A DNA stretch of 63,007 bases, the filler included, from Perkinsus chesapeaki ATCC PRA-425 (taxonomy: Eukaryota > Protista > Perkinsozoa), in assembly GCA_013115145.1 (NCBI GenBank). It is 5 parts of 5 records of this genome, joined end to end, with 100 filler letters (N's around TTAATTAATTAA, not from the genome) between each part and the next. Parts side by side here need not be neighbours in the genome. Positions count along the whole stretch, not along the records: positions 1 to 30,020 come from JAAPAO010000447.1; 4 more parts are not named here. The stretch is one strand, 5' to 3'. Below are positions 12,001 to 23,100 of this stretch, piece by piece. The notes beneath the pieces are model-generated. The model saw nothing but the letters and a program-made list of their open reading frames with translations. It was not told the DNA's origin and did no database searches. The first letter of the stretch is position 1; every line of letters starts with the position of its first letter. The position numbers were made by a program, and so were the translations under genes.

Positions 12001-13255
12001 ATCATCTGTTTATCTGACCGTTTTTTTGCTTTGCTATAGAACGGTACTTCTAGTATCCCTCAAGTAGCTCAAATCTTTTCTTAAAGGGAATCGCGTCGCT
12101 GAGTTTGCAGTTCAAACTAAGAAGAAAAAATCCTGAACTCCAGGGCGAGTGGCTCTCCATGACTCTGAGCGAGTCGCCCCCCTCAGTTTCTGCCTGGTTG
12201 GGCGCCTCTTTCACTCTGATCTGAGGGACTCCCTCAGATCAGAGTGAAAGAGCATAGTATTAATATGAGTATAATAATTAATTATTATAGCTAATTAATT
12301 GCTATTGATACAATTTTAATTAGTGGAATACATTTTGCCTTCTAAATACATATATTCCCGGATCTACAGCTTGTCGTTTCAGATACAAAATTCCTTTATG
12401 TACCTGGATAGTCTACTACTACTCCTCGTCACCTCGTATAGTAGTAATCAGATAACCTACTGGGACCAACTCACTCAACCATTAACGCGTCCTTGGACCC
12501 TGGCTGCTATTATCAACGCTGCAGTAACTGGTAGGCTTTCTTGCGCGCCCTGAAATTATAGAGTTGCTGGAACAAGCGTGAACGTGTGAGAACGTGTGAA
12601 AGTACGGAGTCAGGGCTTGTCGTCTGAAGCGGTTAATGTATCCTGGCATGGCCCCATTGGGAATTTCAAAAACGAAAATTGTTTGGTAACTAGCAAAGGA
12701 TGATTGATAAAATGTGAAGTATGAATTCTTCGGGTTCACTGGCTGCAATCACAGACTGCAAGTCTGTGAGTGCAGTCAAAGACTTGTCAGTCTTTTCACT
12801 TGCAGTCAAAGACTTAACTGCAAGTTTGGAGGGTCCAATCACCACAACGCGCGCGGCCATCAGTTTAATACTGTACCTCCCGCTTGCATGGTCCTCTCAG
12901 GTATAGTAACTGGTTTTGTTCTTCGTTCCCTTGGCTCGATTATCAAGTCTATCGCCGCTGCTGTAGAACTTTGGGGCACGGCCCTGGCGAGCTGCGTAAG
13001 CATCCCAGTAATTGAGAATTATTGTAACTGTTTCAACATTAGATACTCTTCGGGTATTCGCTCTCATATTCGGCCATTGTTGGGATACTCTTCGTTTCAG
13101 TTGGAGTGTGGTTGTATGGCACTAACGAAAGTGAGATTGGAAATTGGAATGTGCCCAACAAATTTCACTCTCCCGAAAATAATTAATATTAATATTCTAT
13201 TTCTTTGTTAACGGTGCGATTCTCAGGCTCGCCAGTGACGGTTAAGATCGACTGA
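9012..13255 (+). CDS. Nucleotide-sugar transporter, SLC35A/UDP-galactose transporter-like (multi-exon)
   Basis: Exons: MSKQH..LYIVVWVAQGLL; QETTKLIMAW; LVPATMYSIYNVLTYYGLKRFDPATYF; VLLQTRIIITAVLYQ..TQWVALLLIMLGS; LSSSAGIFSEKLLK; IQNSFMY; GIVTGFVLRSLGSIIKSIAAAVEL; ILFGY..VGVWLY. All match the SLC35A hydrophobic pattern, with GT-AG boundaries in frame. Confidence 0.88.
9198..9264 (+). mobile_element. Ultra-short retro-insertion (LINE-3'-end/SINE-like), copy 1
   Basis: 67-nt insert ending GGCGTTGGACTATAAACTCACATACAC, flanked by a 26-bp direct repeat (9172-9197 and 9265-9290, 2 mismatches), in intron 1 of the transporter. Confidence 0.85.
10837..10868 (+). mobile_element. Ultra-short retro-insertion, copy 2
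   Basis: TTCGGCGTTGGACTATAAACTCACACACACA flanked by GTCACCC (10830-10836 and 10869-10875); intronic. Confidence 0.8.
11535..11888 (+). mobile_element. Internally deleted hAT transposase remnant inside a transporter intron
   Basis: The ORF joins an N-terminal WFDRFEWL (start of a TTF-type zinc finger) directly to LRSTMGQDRLESMMRCHIHRD..LDLKKVVNTF (hAT C-terminal dimerisation domain). TIRs/TSD not resolved. Confidence 0.72.
12206..12252. repeat. Perfect 47-bp palindrome (23-bp arms, 1-nt loop)
   Basis: CTCTTTCACTCTGATCTGAGGGA-C-TCCCTCAGATCAGAGTGAAAGAG; the arms are exact reverse complements. Confidence 0.97.
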
Positions 13256-13365
13256 CGGTGACACATACTAGTGTAGCTGTGCTTTCCTGTATGATAGTGT
13301 TTGTTGCGCTGTGGTTTGGTGTTTTATGGTTTTTCTATCAGAATTGATACTATTAAGTTTGTGTA

Positions 13366-14074
13366 ATGTCTGGTATGGACCCTAGTGCAGTACCGGGCTT
13401 TAATGCTCTTTCAAATGCTGATCAAAGAACTGTTGAAGCTGAAATGCAGCGGCTTCAGGTGCCGAACGACTAGCGTCTGGAATGCGCTCGATAGTCTACC
13501 TGCCTTTTATAACATTTGAATTCCCGTTAATCCATTTCGCCTAACGAGACAGGACTTCCGATTTATTCCAACACCACCTTTAGCCGCCATTATGGCCTAT
13601 GGGAACTAGGGGCTTGGAGACCTAGTGTCCAAGAACTACCAGTGCTCGAATATTTATCTCCGATGTGTTGATGAGGGCAAGTGATTGGCCGACTGGATTA
13701 AGGACAGCATACTGATCGAATAAATCCAAGTTGTTCTTTAACACATTTCCATTTTCTTTCAGATGCGTGATTCGATGAATACCTACAACAACATGGTCAA
13801 TAGATGCTTCAGTACGTGCGTTAGAAGCTTCAACGAGAAGAAAGTCAATGGCGAAGAAGTGAGCGGAGCGAAGCGTTTCATGTTTACCATTTTTGTCATG
13901 GCTCAGATCGATTGCACCAAGCGATGTGTGCAAAAGTTCGTGATGTATTCGCAGCGTGTGGCGTTGAGGTTTGCTGAACACAATGCCGAGCAGTCGAAAA
14001 TTCTACAGGAAAATGAATCTCGAGGGAACACCTTGGAGATATACAAGGAGAATGAGAAGAAGGGTGTTGAGTAA
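13366..14074 (+). CDS. TIM9: Mitochondrial intermembrane-space chaperone TIM9 (3 exons: 13366-13458, 13763-13858, 13907-14074)
   Basis: MRDSMNTYNNMVNRCFSTCV..DCTKRCVQKFVMYSQRVALRFAEH: twin CX3C motif and the Tim9-type YN / RF-E signature. Confidence 0.92.
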
Positions 14075-14159
14075 AGCCCCCTTGTTGTACAGTGGAAATT
14101 ACTGTTTCTAGTTGCAGTTGGTGTTTTGCTAGTAGTGAATGAATACGGCCAAGTAGGTT

Positions 14160-17100
14160 ATGTCTGATGGTGGTCGGATACGTTCATTGAGCCCTCGGAA
14201 AGGCGGCCGTGTCAGGGAGCTTTCGCCGTCTCCGATTGATAGAGATGATCTCGATGTTGATGAATTGGCTGATAGAATAGTTTTAATGAGAAGTCCATGG
14301 CAAATGCCAAGCGATAGGATGGTAGGCTCTTTCATACCGTATTCTCCTCAACGATATCGACATTAATGTGTAGCACTGTCATCCCAATTATTATTGTGTA
14401 TAGTCCCTTTTTTTCATACACACGTTTTCACTAAAAGATTTGCAACCTGACTTATACACCAACAACAGGTATCGTATCAAGAAAAATAAAGATAAACTGT
14501 CGTCGTGGAATTGCAGATGTTGCTAATGAGACCTTCGTCTGACAACTGCACGGTCCTCCGTTGTAGGATATACACTTCTCCCGTCATTGAGTTTGGGCGG
14601 TCTTGGTACGCCTGAGACTATCAATCGCAAGCTGTGTTTGACCGTCTTTCTTCATCGCTGTTTTCACGTGACGTGAATGAAGCACAGAGGAGGACTCCTT
14701 TGTCATCGTTTGTGGTGGTTTGCAATGCACCACAGGGGGCATTTTGGACGTTGTGAAGGTTCAAAAGTGTTGTCATTGATTAGGCACATCGCAATAACAT
14801 CAACGTTGTATCGGAGTACCTTACTGATCGATATGGATGCAACTTCGCCGTGTGGAATATTGAAAGATCTCAGAGATCTTTGGTGGAGCCGGAGAAGTTC
14901 AGGAATCAGGTGAGAAAGGGCGTGGGTTCGATTCTTTACTGCGGTGAGATCGATGAAGCTCCTTAGAAAAGCGGTCTAATCGTCAAGCGCTCAAGATCAA
15001 TTGGCGCAACTTATGGTGCACGTAAATCGATATGGAAGTGATTTGTTAATAGTAATTTAACCTCGTACAGTGAGACTGGGATGAGGGCTGCTCGGCAGAT
15101 TCGAGGGGTTACACGCGAACATAGACACACTCGCGAGCCGGAAGTTGCCGATTGTTAAAGTGGACATGTGAATCTGTCGCAGGTCCTGGCATTTATTCAA
15201 TCGTTTGAGATATTCGACTCATGTCTGAATGTTCTTATTTTTCTTCGAACTTCTACAGTATCATTTGATGCCATATAGATAGTAAAGGCTGGTAGATACG
15301 CCGACATTGCTTGGTTTTCTTCAGATTCTTAATTTTACCCTACCGGCTACAGAAGCAAAAGGCCAAAGCTTATTATTGGCTCCACCAAGTCTAGGTAGGA
15401 TTGGTCACGTCTAATGTTGTGGAGCATTCCTATTTCAGAGTTACTTAGTCGTTTTTGTTCGTCCTTGCTCTTCTGGCTTGAACTAGACCGCACGAGGTTC
15501 GTGGCTGTTATTCACTGCAGAGATACGTCAGTAAGCCTATTGCGTCGAGAATTCGCCTCACTTACCCGAATTCATGGTGAAACCGTTTGTCTATCCGGTT
15601 TGCTATTTCTCGAGTGGAACATTTGACACCAGTTTCTAGGGTCTCTGGAATGTATACAAGTTGCTTCCGCGGTGTTCTATAATAGGATGCTTGGATGTTC
15701 CACCGCGAACCCTTGGGATAAATATCTTACTTTTGAATTCTTTGCCGAATTTTTTAGGAAAAATTGGGGGGAAATGAATTTTTCCATTTTTTATTTTTCG
15801 TCTCAGCCGACCACTTTACTGTTCATAATAGCGGCGTTGGTGTCGACTGGTGTATGTGCCGAAGTTAGAGATGCTATCGGCTACCTCAGAGAGAGATACG
15901 CTCTTACCGAACAGGTGGGGTGCGGCCTGGGGGTGAACCGTGAAGTATCCACGCATGAATAACTAAGCCAATTTTCGGCGTTGGACTATAAACTCACACA
16001 CATGAATAAGCCACTTTTGAAGAATATGAAATGCGGAGTTGTTCAGCCTGTTCTTTAGTACCTACTTTTTGTATTCTCCTACTCACTTTTTTCTGGTCTT
16101 GCATTGTTGTCATAATAACAGCCTAAAAGAATGCCGGTATCGTGTCAGTATTAATAATGTCATTTATTATCAAAATTGCTACTATGATTGAGCTATTAGT
16201 TACCATCAAAGGAAATAATATCATTCTCGGCAAAAAGATATGTTTGCTAATTTGGCCCGATTTTCACCGGGATATGAAAACCTCCGAATCGGGAAATTAT
16301 ATTACGCAAATGCTCAGTAAACCGGCGCTGAAGAAAAAAGCAGTAGAAAATAATTTTAATCGTTGTAAAATAATCTTGCGCGAAACGGCCCGGGAGTTCG
16401 GAAAAATAACTAGAAGGCGCTTTGGTTTCAATGAGCATCTCGGGCTTATGCTGCCGGTATGTCACATGCGCTGTGTAACTGTCCCCTGTCAGAGTAACAA
16501 TGTTACTGTACGATCCACCAGCGTTGAGCGAGACGCCTCCTTGGAGGGTTCTCGATCTACAGTGAAGTTCACGGAGCCTACTTCATGGCCACACAGTCTT
16601 CAACGGTGAGGTGTGGTAGATGTAGCTTCTGCTGTTAGAGAACTCCACCAGGAAAGAATTTTCCTGCGGGAAGGCGAGAAAATTTCGGTGGAATTTTTCA
16701 TCGCCTGGTCTAGCGTGGAGTGATGGATAAGAATTTGAGGCTTCACTGAGGAGGCTGAAGAGACCTTGATTTGCTATCACAACATCATTGCGGCGATGAG
16801 TTGTTTTGGTAGGTACGCCAAATACCTTCAGAAGCTCATTACGGCTGATGCTGGTGCAGCGAGGCAGACACCAACGTAAGCGATCTCCACGACATTTACG
16901 AAGAATTTTTTTCTAACGGGAAATTGCGGAAAAATCCAGCTTCAGAAGTGGACAAAGATTGTCGATTAAAAGGATCGCGCTGAGGAATTGATGGACCTTT
17001 GGTGATGATACTTTAGAGGCTGACTGAGACCGCTAATCTCGTACCGGCGACCAATTCCATTACAAAATCCAAACGGGAACTGCACTGAATAGTTCGTTGA

Positions 17101-20100
17101 TTCTCTAGAGCTTGAGATGTTTGATAACTCCCCACCGAGCGCCTACTGTTTAGATACCTGCTTAAGATGGTCATTATTGATCACTTTATTCCTCCAGCTT
17201 CGGATATTTACGTTGAAGTCGGGGAAGTTGTATTGGATAGATCGGAGCAGTTCAAGTCTGAGATTGGCGTCCTGGCCACCGATAACACCTATGCGATTGT
17301 GTGAGGAACAGTGGTTCGGGCGCTGCCGTGAAATAACTAGTCGGCGAGGAAAACTTTGATCTTGAAGCGAAAACGTGAAGTGGAGCCACCCTAGCTTAGC
17401 CAGCTTAGCTGAAGAACCTTTAAATTCTTCAGTCATGGTTAAGTCATGCTTCCCGATAACTAATATTACCCTTTATATTACCCTTTATATTACCCTTTAT
17501 ATTACCCTTTATATTACCCGTATATTGTATTTGACGGTATGGAAGGCAGAAGTATATGAAACCGATCCGGGGAAGGATAAAATTCAGGAGTATAACTGGT
17601 AAAGGCTGCTAAACGCACTTTTGCCTCCTGTTTCAGAGACTCCGACGAAATGACAGGGTCAATGACTGTAGATATGACCCACGGTGGAGAGTATACTGTG
17701 GTGCTTCGTGGAGATGTCGGTATCGTTATCAAAAGTAGAACAAGATCAAGGTTGAGTGCAAGATACTTCTTCCATACCGGTAAGGTGCAAATGGCAAATA
17801 CGACGCCGTGCTGCCAGAGAAATTGTGACTTTTCCAACAGCCTTCAGTTGACTATTATTTTGTTAAGGGTTTCTTGACAAACTGTACGAAGATTAGATTC
17901 ATGAAGAGAGTGTGGCTCTGAACATATGAAAGGTGCTGCAAAAGAGTGAACCCTTCATGGGCTGATTTCCTCGGCACGGGAACACAGATCTGAGATTGAA
18001 TTCCACAAACTGCACGAACCTGAGAGAGTCGCATCGCGTCTCTTCGCTCAAGCCTCTTGTGCGAAGGACCCAATCTAATATACATTCCTAATGCAAACTT
18101 CACGTGCATTTATTAGCCATGCCAGCTGCGCCGATTTTCCACCTTTATTGTCTCTCACTGCTGACAATGGACTTGGTCGGCATACTTGTTATTCATGGGG
18201 AACACGCACCTAGGACGCCCGCTGACTAGCTCCTCAACCTTAGTTGCTCCTGATGAGAGAAAAAGAGCTCGAATTCCACAGAAAAAGAAATATGCTTTTA
18301 ATAGCATCTAGAAGAAATCGCACGAGTCTTCGAGTTGTTCTTCGCAGCGTTCGTCGGTAACGATGAGGGTGAGATATTAGAGCTGGGCGTTGATGATATG
18401 GATGTCACTGGATTTGATGCTGGCCAAATACCTAAGGACTTCAAACTTACATTGTCCCTCAACAGGTAGGTACCCAGCTATATGGTCGTCATTATAAACT
18501 GATAAGTACGTGTTATGAATTGTACTTCTATCATATGATATGTATACATTAGCTAAATTTATATATTATTAATTATAAGCCCATCCACAAAACTGTATCA
18601 CATCAACGCTAGTTCATTCGATATAACGAGCTTAATGATCATTCTTTTTGTCAGTTGATCCTAGAGGTGTACGAATCACGATAGTCATCACTGTGATGAC
18701 GTTTTTGCCCGGCCAGTCATATTTTGTGAAACTGCCAAAAATCGCGCCTCCTATTTACTATCAGTCTACCATACTATCTATATACTATTGATTTACTAAC
18801 AAACAATAGAAATTGTTCTTAGACCCTTGAAAAACACGAGTTGATAAGAATTTGACGCGCGGTGTATATTGTATTTATTCATTTATAATGAATGATGAGC
18901 CATCGGAAAGTATGCAGTTCGTAAGATTCACACTGGCCAGATATGGAACGTTCCGAATTCGATGTCTGTCGTGATTAGTCTTTTTAAAATCAGCGGAATA
19001 GCCTTTGGGATTCTCGGGAAAAAGTAAAGGGGAACGAGCCAGACATTAGTTAATCTCAAGAACGAGACTATTAACCTCAAAAAAGTAACTCTTGAAGATA
19101 TCTTCTACTTGTGTTGCCCAGGTGGAGCGTTGAGGACCAAGAACGTTTCGAGGACAGAAAAAGGAAAAGGGCCGAGGACGAGGCTTTGGCTCGAGGGGAG
19201 CATTTGCAGCGGATCCGTAAGGCATCCTTTTGGCGATTCCCATGGCACCTGTAAGGATCTCTGAGCGGCTCTGCTGTTGCTGAGGATGATGTGTCACCAT
19301 CGCAACGACGTAAAGTGGGTAAGCTTAGCGATATGTCACCGTCTGCGCGAAAGGGAAGTGATTGGTCGACGGTGACGCTTACGAGGGAGACGGCAATATT
19401 GGAAAAACCCAAGGGGAAGGGGTAAGACTTCATGGAGGAACTGATACAACTGTACGCTGTTCTTCCCGCTAGTATAGCAATATCAATCCATCATTTAGTT
19501 CGCATATGATCTGGCCCTCCATATGATTCATTAGTGTATTCTTGCTGTGGCGAGATTCTAGTCTTAATGCATTAATCTTTTTCCGAATAAAGCTTCTCCA
19601 GATTTCCCATCTGCTCACGTTTGGTGCCTCAGGAAAGTGTTTTTCGATCATCACATGTTGGCACCGACGGTGCTGGCTAAGACCCGTACCGCATCCCACT
19701 TTCCTCTTTCACCCTGTAATAGAGGTTGTGATCCAGTGGCTGCTCTAGAGGACCGTGGCTTCGAGAGGATTCATGCTGGCATATCTCTGGAGGTAACCAT
19801 TCGCTGCACTTTACATATCGGTGGCTCGGCTATTACTGCCTGGCCAGCTGGGTAGCCCAACTCTGGTTCAAGTCGTTGACAACTACCCGGTCGGAGGAGG
19901 TCTGCATCACTCTACACTAAGAAATAGTTTATATCGGGCGACTTTCTTCACGCGCCACGATATTCTGTGCCCTCAGGTATCGGATATGAACCTGTTCGAA
20001 GCCTATGCGTTTTGCGAACGTTATTTTCCCCTGTCGGTGGCGGCGACTGTTCGATCAGATGGTCGAGGGATTTCCCGCGCGAATAGTTTGGTAAGAAAAG

Positions 20101-23100
20101 TGTCCCGCTTGTGTGACAGGGACGGGGTCCTTAGGCGTATCCTCTACCAGGGAGCATAACAGATGACGACAGCCACCTGATGGAAGATTTCAATCGTCTG
20201 CATTTCCTCGGAGTGCTTAGTCGGGGCGTGGGAGAGGGTCGCCAATCTATTGCGAATGGCGATGACGACAACGCCTCAAGTGTAAATCGTGCCAGAAGGG
20301 CCTCATCGTCACCGGTGAGCCAGCGGTCATTTCGATCGTCGCTGGTGCCGGGGAGCAACCCCGAGTATAGTTCGTCAATTGAAGAAGGTCGATACCCAGC
20401 TACGCAGTCCGAAGATCTTACCTATTTTCGAGGCGCGCGGTCACGTCGTCAGTCGATTTCCAGTGATGTTGTTGGCAGCTATGATGAAGACGATGACGAT
20501 GAGTACCATTTGGTCGACTCCTCCTCGACGACAGGGGGTTGGTACCGGATGCGATACATGTCTCACCTAGCCAGACAAGGTGGACGGACGTTCGGTGACA
20601 CGGCTGGCGGCTGCGGGGGCAGGCCGCTCATGCATCTCCTCGGTCCGGACGTAGGGCTGCCTGTCACAGACAGCCGCTATGAAAGCACAGCAGCCACTGG
20701 TCGAGCTGTTCCGAGATCGTATCATCGCCCATCCATATCGGCGTTGCCGAAAGCCAGAATGCCAGGGGTACCTTCGTCGCGATCGAGGCAAAGAGAGCTG
20801 CAACAACGCCGAACATTGAGGCACTACCAACAGCAGCGGCTGAGGAGAAGCTACGCTAGAAGCGTTTGCACCACCAATAGTGTTATTATGGAGTCACCCC
20901 CGGCTGGGAGTGACGCTAGTGGTATGGTGATGCAAGGGAATCTTGATGAGCTCCCTGAAGATACCTCGGGGTCGGCTCAGTTGTCACCGTTGTCATGGAC
21001 CAAGTGTGATGAGGAGGTCATATCACCGATACCTCAGAGGAGTTCTGATGAGGATGGAGTTGAAGGTTTATCACCTCAGATGGGAACTGCAGTAGTCAGT
21101 AGTGTCATCTATACACAGACTGGTCAAGGACCTTCACAAGTTATGTCTACTATTGAAGGGACGCCACCGCCCTTACCAACTGGTAAAGGGACACCACCGC
21201 CCTTACCAACTGGTAAAGGGACACCACCGCCCTTGCCAACTGGTAGAGGGACACCACCGCCCTTACCAACTGGTAAAGGGACACCACCGCCCTTACCAAC
21301 TGGTAAAGGGACACCACCGCCCTTACCAACTGGTAGAGGGACACCACCGCCCTTACCAACTGGTAAAGGGACACCACCGCCCTTACCAACTGGTAGAGGT
21401 ACCGCTCCTCCTCTACCTTGTGGTAAACCTCTGTCTTCAATCGGATATCGAGTATGCGGTTTAGAGTCTCCTGAGAAGCCCCTACGCTCAAAAACTGGAA
21501 CCCTCCCTAGTGGTAAGGGTATGCCCCCCTCCCTCCCTACTGGTAAGGGTATGCCTCCATCCCTCCCTACTGGTAAGGGTATGCCTCCATCCCTCCCTAC
21601 TGGTAAGGGTATGCCTCCATCCCTTCCTAGTGGTAAGGGTATGCCCCCCTCCCTTCCTAGTGGTAAGGGTATGCCCCCCTCCCTCCCTAGTGGTAAGGGT
21701 ATGCCCCCCTCCCTCCCTAGTGGTAAGGGTATGCCTCCATCCTTCCCTACTGGTAAGGGTATGCCTCTCTCCCTCCCTAGTGGTAAGGGTATGCCTCCAT
21801 CCCTCCCTAGAGGTAAGGGTATGGCTCCTCCTCCTCCTTTGTCTGGCAAGATGACACCTCCCCGAGCAAGCCTTGGTGAAGGCCATCCTCCCAGTCTACC
21901 AAGCGGTAAAGGCATTCCACCTTGTGCTCCGGGCAAAGGAGTTCCCCCGTCCATCGGTGGGAAAGGTCTTCCAGCCCTCCCCAAAGGTGGCGTAGTTACA
22001 CCATGCATGTCACCTGATCGCCCTACTGCCGAGGGATCTCCTATAGTCCTTCGCTCGCCACCTCTGGCATCTCCTCCACCCCCACCATTAAGTAAGTGCC
22101 GCACCTCTAATACGCATTTTTATCATTCAATTTCAGATAGGACATCGCCTCAAAGCGCTCCCAGCAAAAGTAGGCCTAGTTTAATGGCAGTTCTGTTGGA
22201 AACAAAACTCTCAGAAAAGCCAGCGGGTGTCCTACCACTCGGTAAAAAGCTCCATTGGAAGGCAATTCCTGATAGGCTTATAAGTTCTACAATATGGGCA
22301 AGCTACGATGAGGAAGGAGTGAGCCACGGCCATGGCTAGTGATGGTACCAGCTTATCCTTACAGTCCTCGACGCCATCCGATGATCACAGTGGGCAAACG
22401 CTGGCACGTGATGTAGCTGAAATGAAGACTGTTTTTGGGGCGTCAGCTGCTCAGTTGGAAAATAAACATGAAAAGAAGAAAATTGTCGGTGGGGATAAAA
22501 TCAGAGTATCTTTGACTATCTTTTGAGCTTAGATGATCGACCTAAGCTCATTGAGATTCTGGACCAGAAGCGAGCGCAGAATGCAGGGTTGGTCATGGCC
22601 CGGTTACCTGTGGAACTTCTGATTGAAAAAATGGAAAATCTTGACGTCGATAACATGGTTGACGCTTCCGACGATGAAAGTGTTTCACAGTTGAGCCACC
22701 CGCGAGCGGCTGGCTCTAATGTAAGACCTCCTCTTCGATCGTCTAGTAGACGATCGAGTAGACGACGCCTACGCCCATCCTGCTATTCAGAGCGAGACCA
22801 ATACTGAAGGCTGCGCCACAGTGGAGATGCTTGAGAAGCTGTCAAGCATCTTGCCGACTACGGAGGAGGCGGAGATGCTTCGGAGCTATCACGGTGACCT
22901 TTCCCTGCTGAGACCAATTGAGCGTCGATTGATGCCATTGGCTGTGATGAAGAGGCCACAGTTCCGGATAAAAGCCATGGTCGTCTTCCTTACGTTTCCA
23001 GACCAAGTACTTTATTAATGCGCACCGCCGGGTCAAGTTTTGCTTCAGTTGAGTGGCGTCCGTCGATCGATAGGAATATTCCAGGAAGCCTCTGATCAGG

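Noticed and set aside
16132-16460. TGCCGGTAT 9-bp direct repeat flanking ~310 bp, and the 155-aa ORF 16142-16609
   Set aside because: No TIRs inside the repeat; the ORF has no ATG start or recognisable motif and lies in a formin intron.
17143-17436. Protein-looking minus-strand ORF
   Set aside because: Antisense shadow of a formin C2-domain exon (YLLKMVIIDHFIP..).
18250-18285. CTGATGA-GAG..CTC-GAAT hammerhead-like core (also CTGATGAG twice at 32906 and 32945)
   Set aside because: The required GAAA and stems I/III are absent.
18684-18700. Short 7-8-bp-arm palindromes (18684, 26706, 52561)
   Set aside because: About one of each is expected by chance in 63 kb.
21158-21817. Regular 30-bp repeats resembling a CRISPR array
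   Set aside because: Units are contiguous with no unique spacers and encode in-frame formin FH1.
21102-22104. Long repetitive ORFs in the other frames and on the minus strand (e.g. 326 aa at 21124-22104)
   Set aside because: Shadows of the stop-free 30-bp FH1 repeats.
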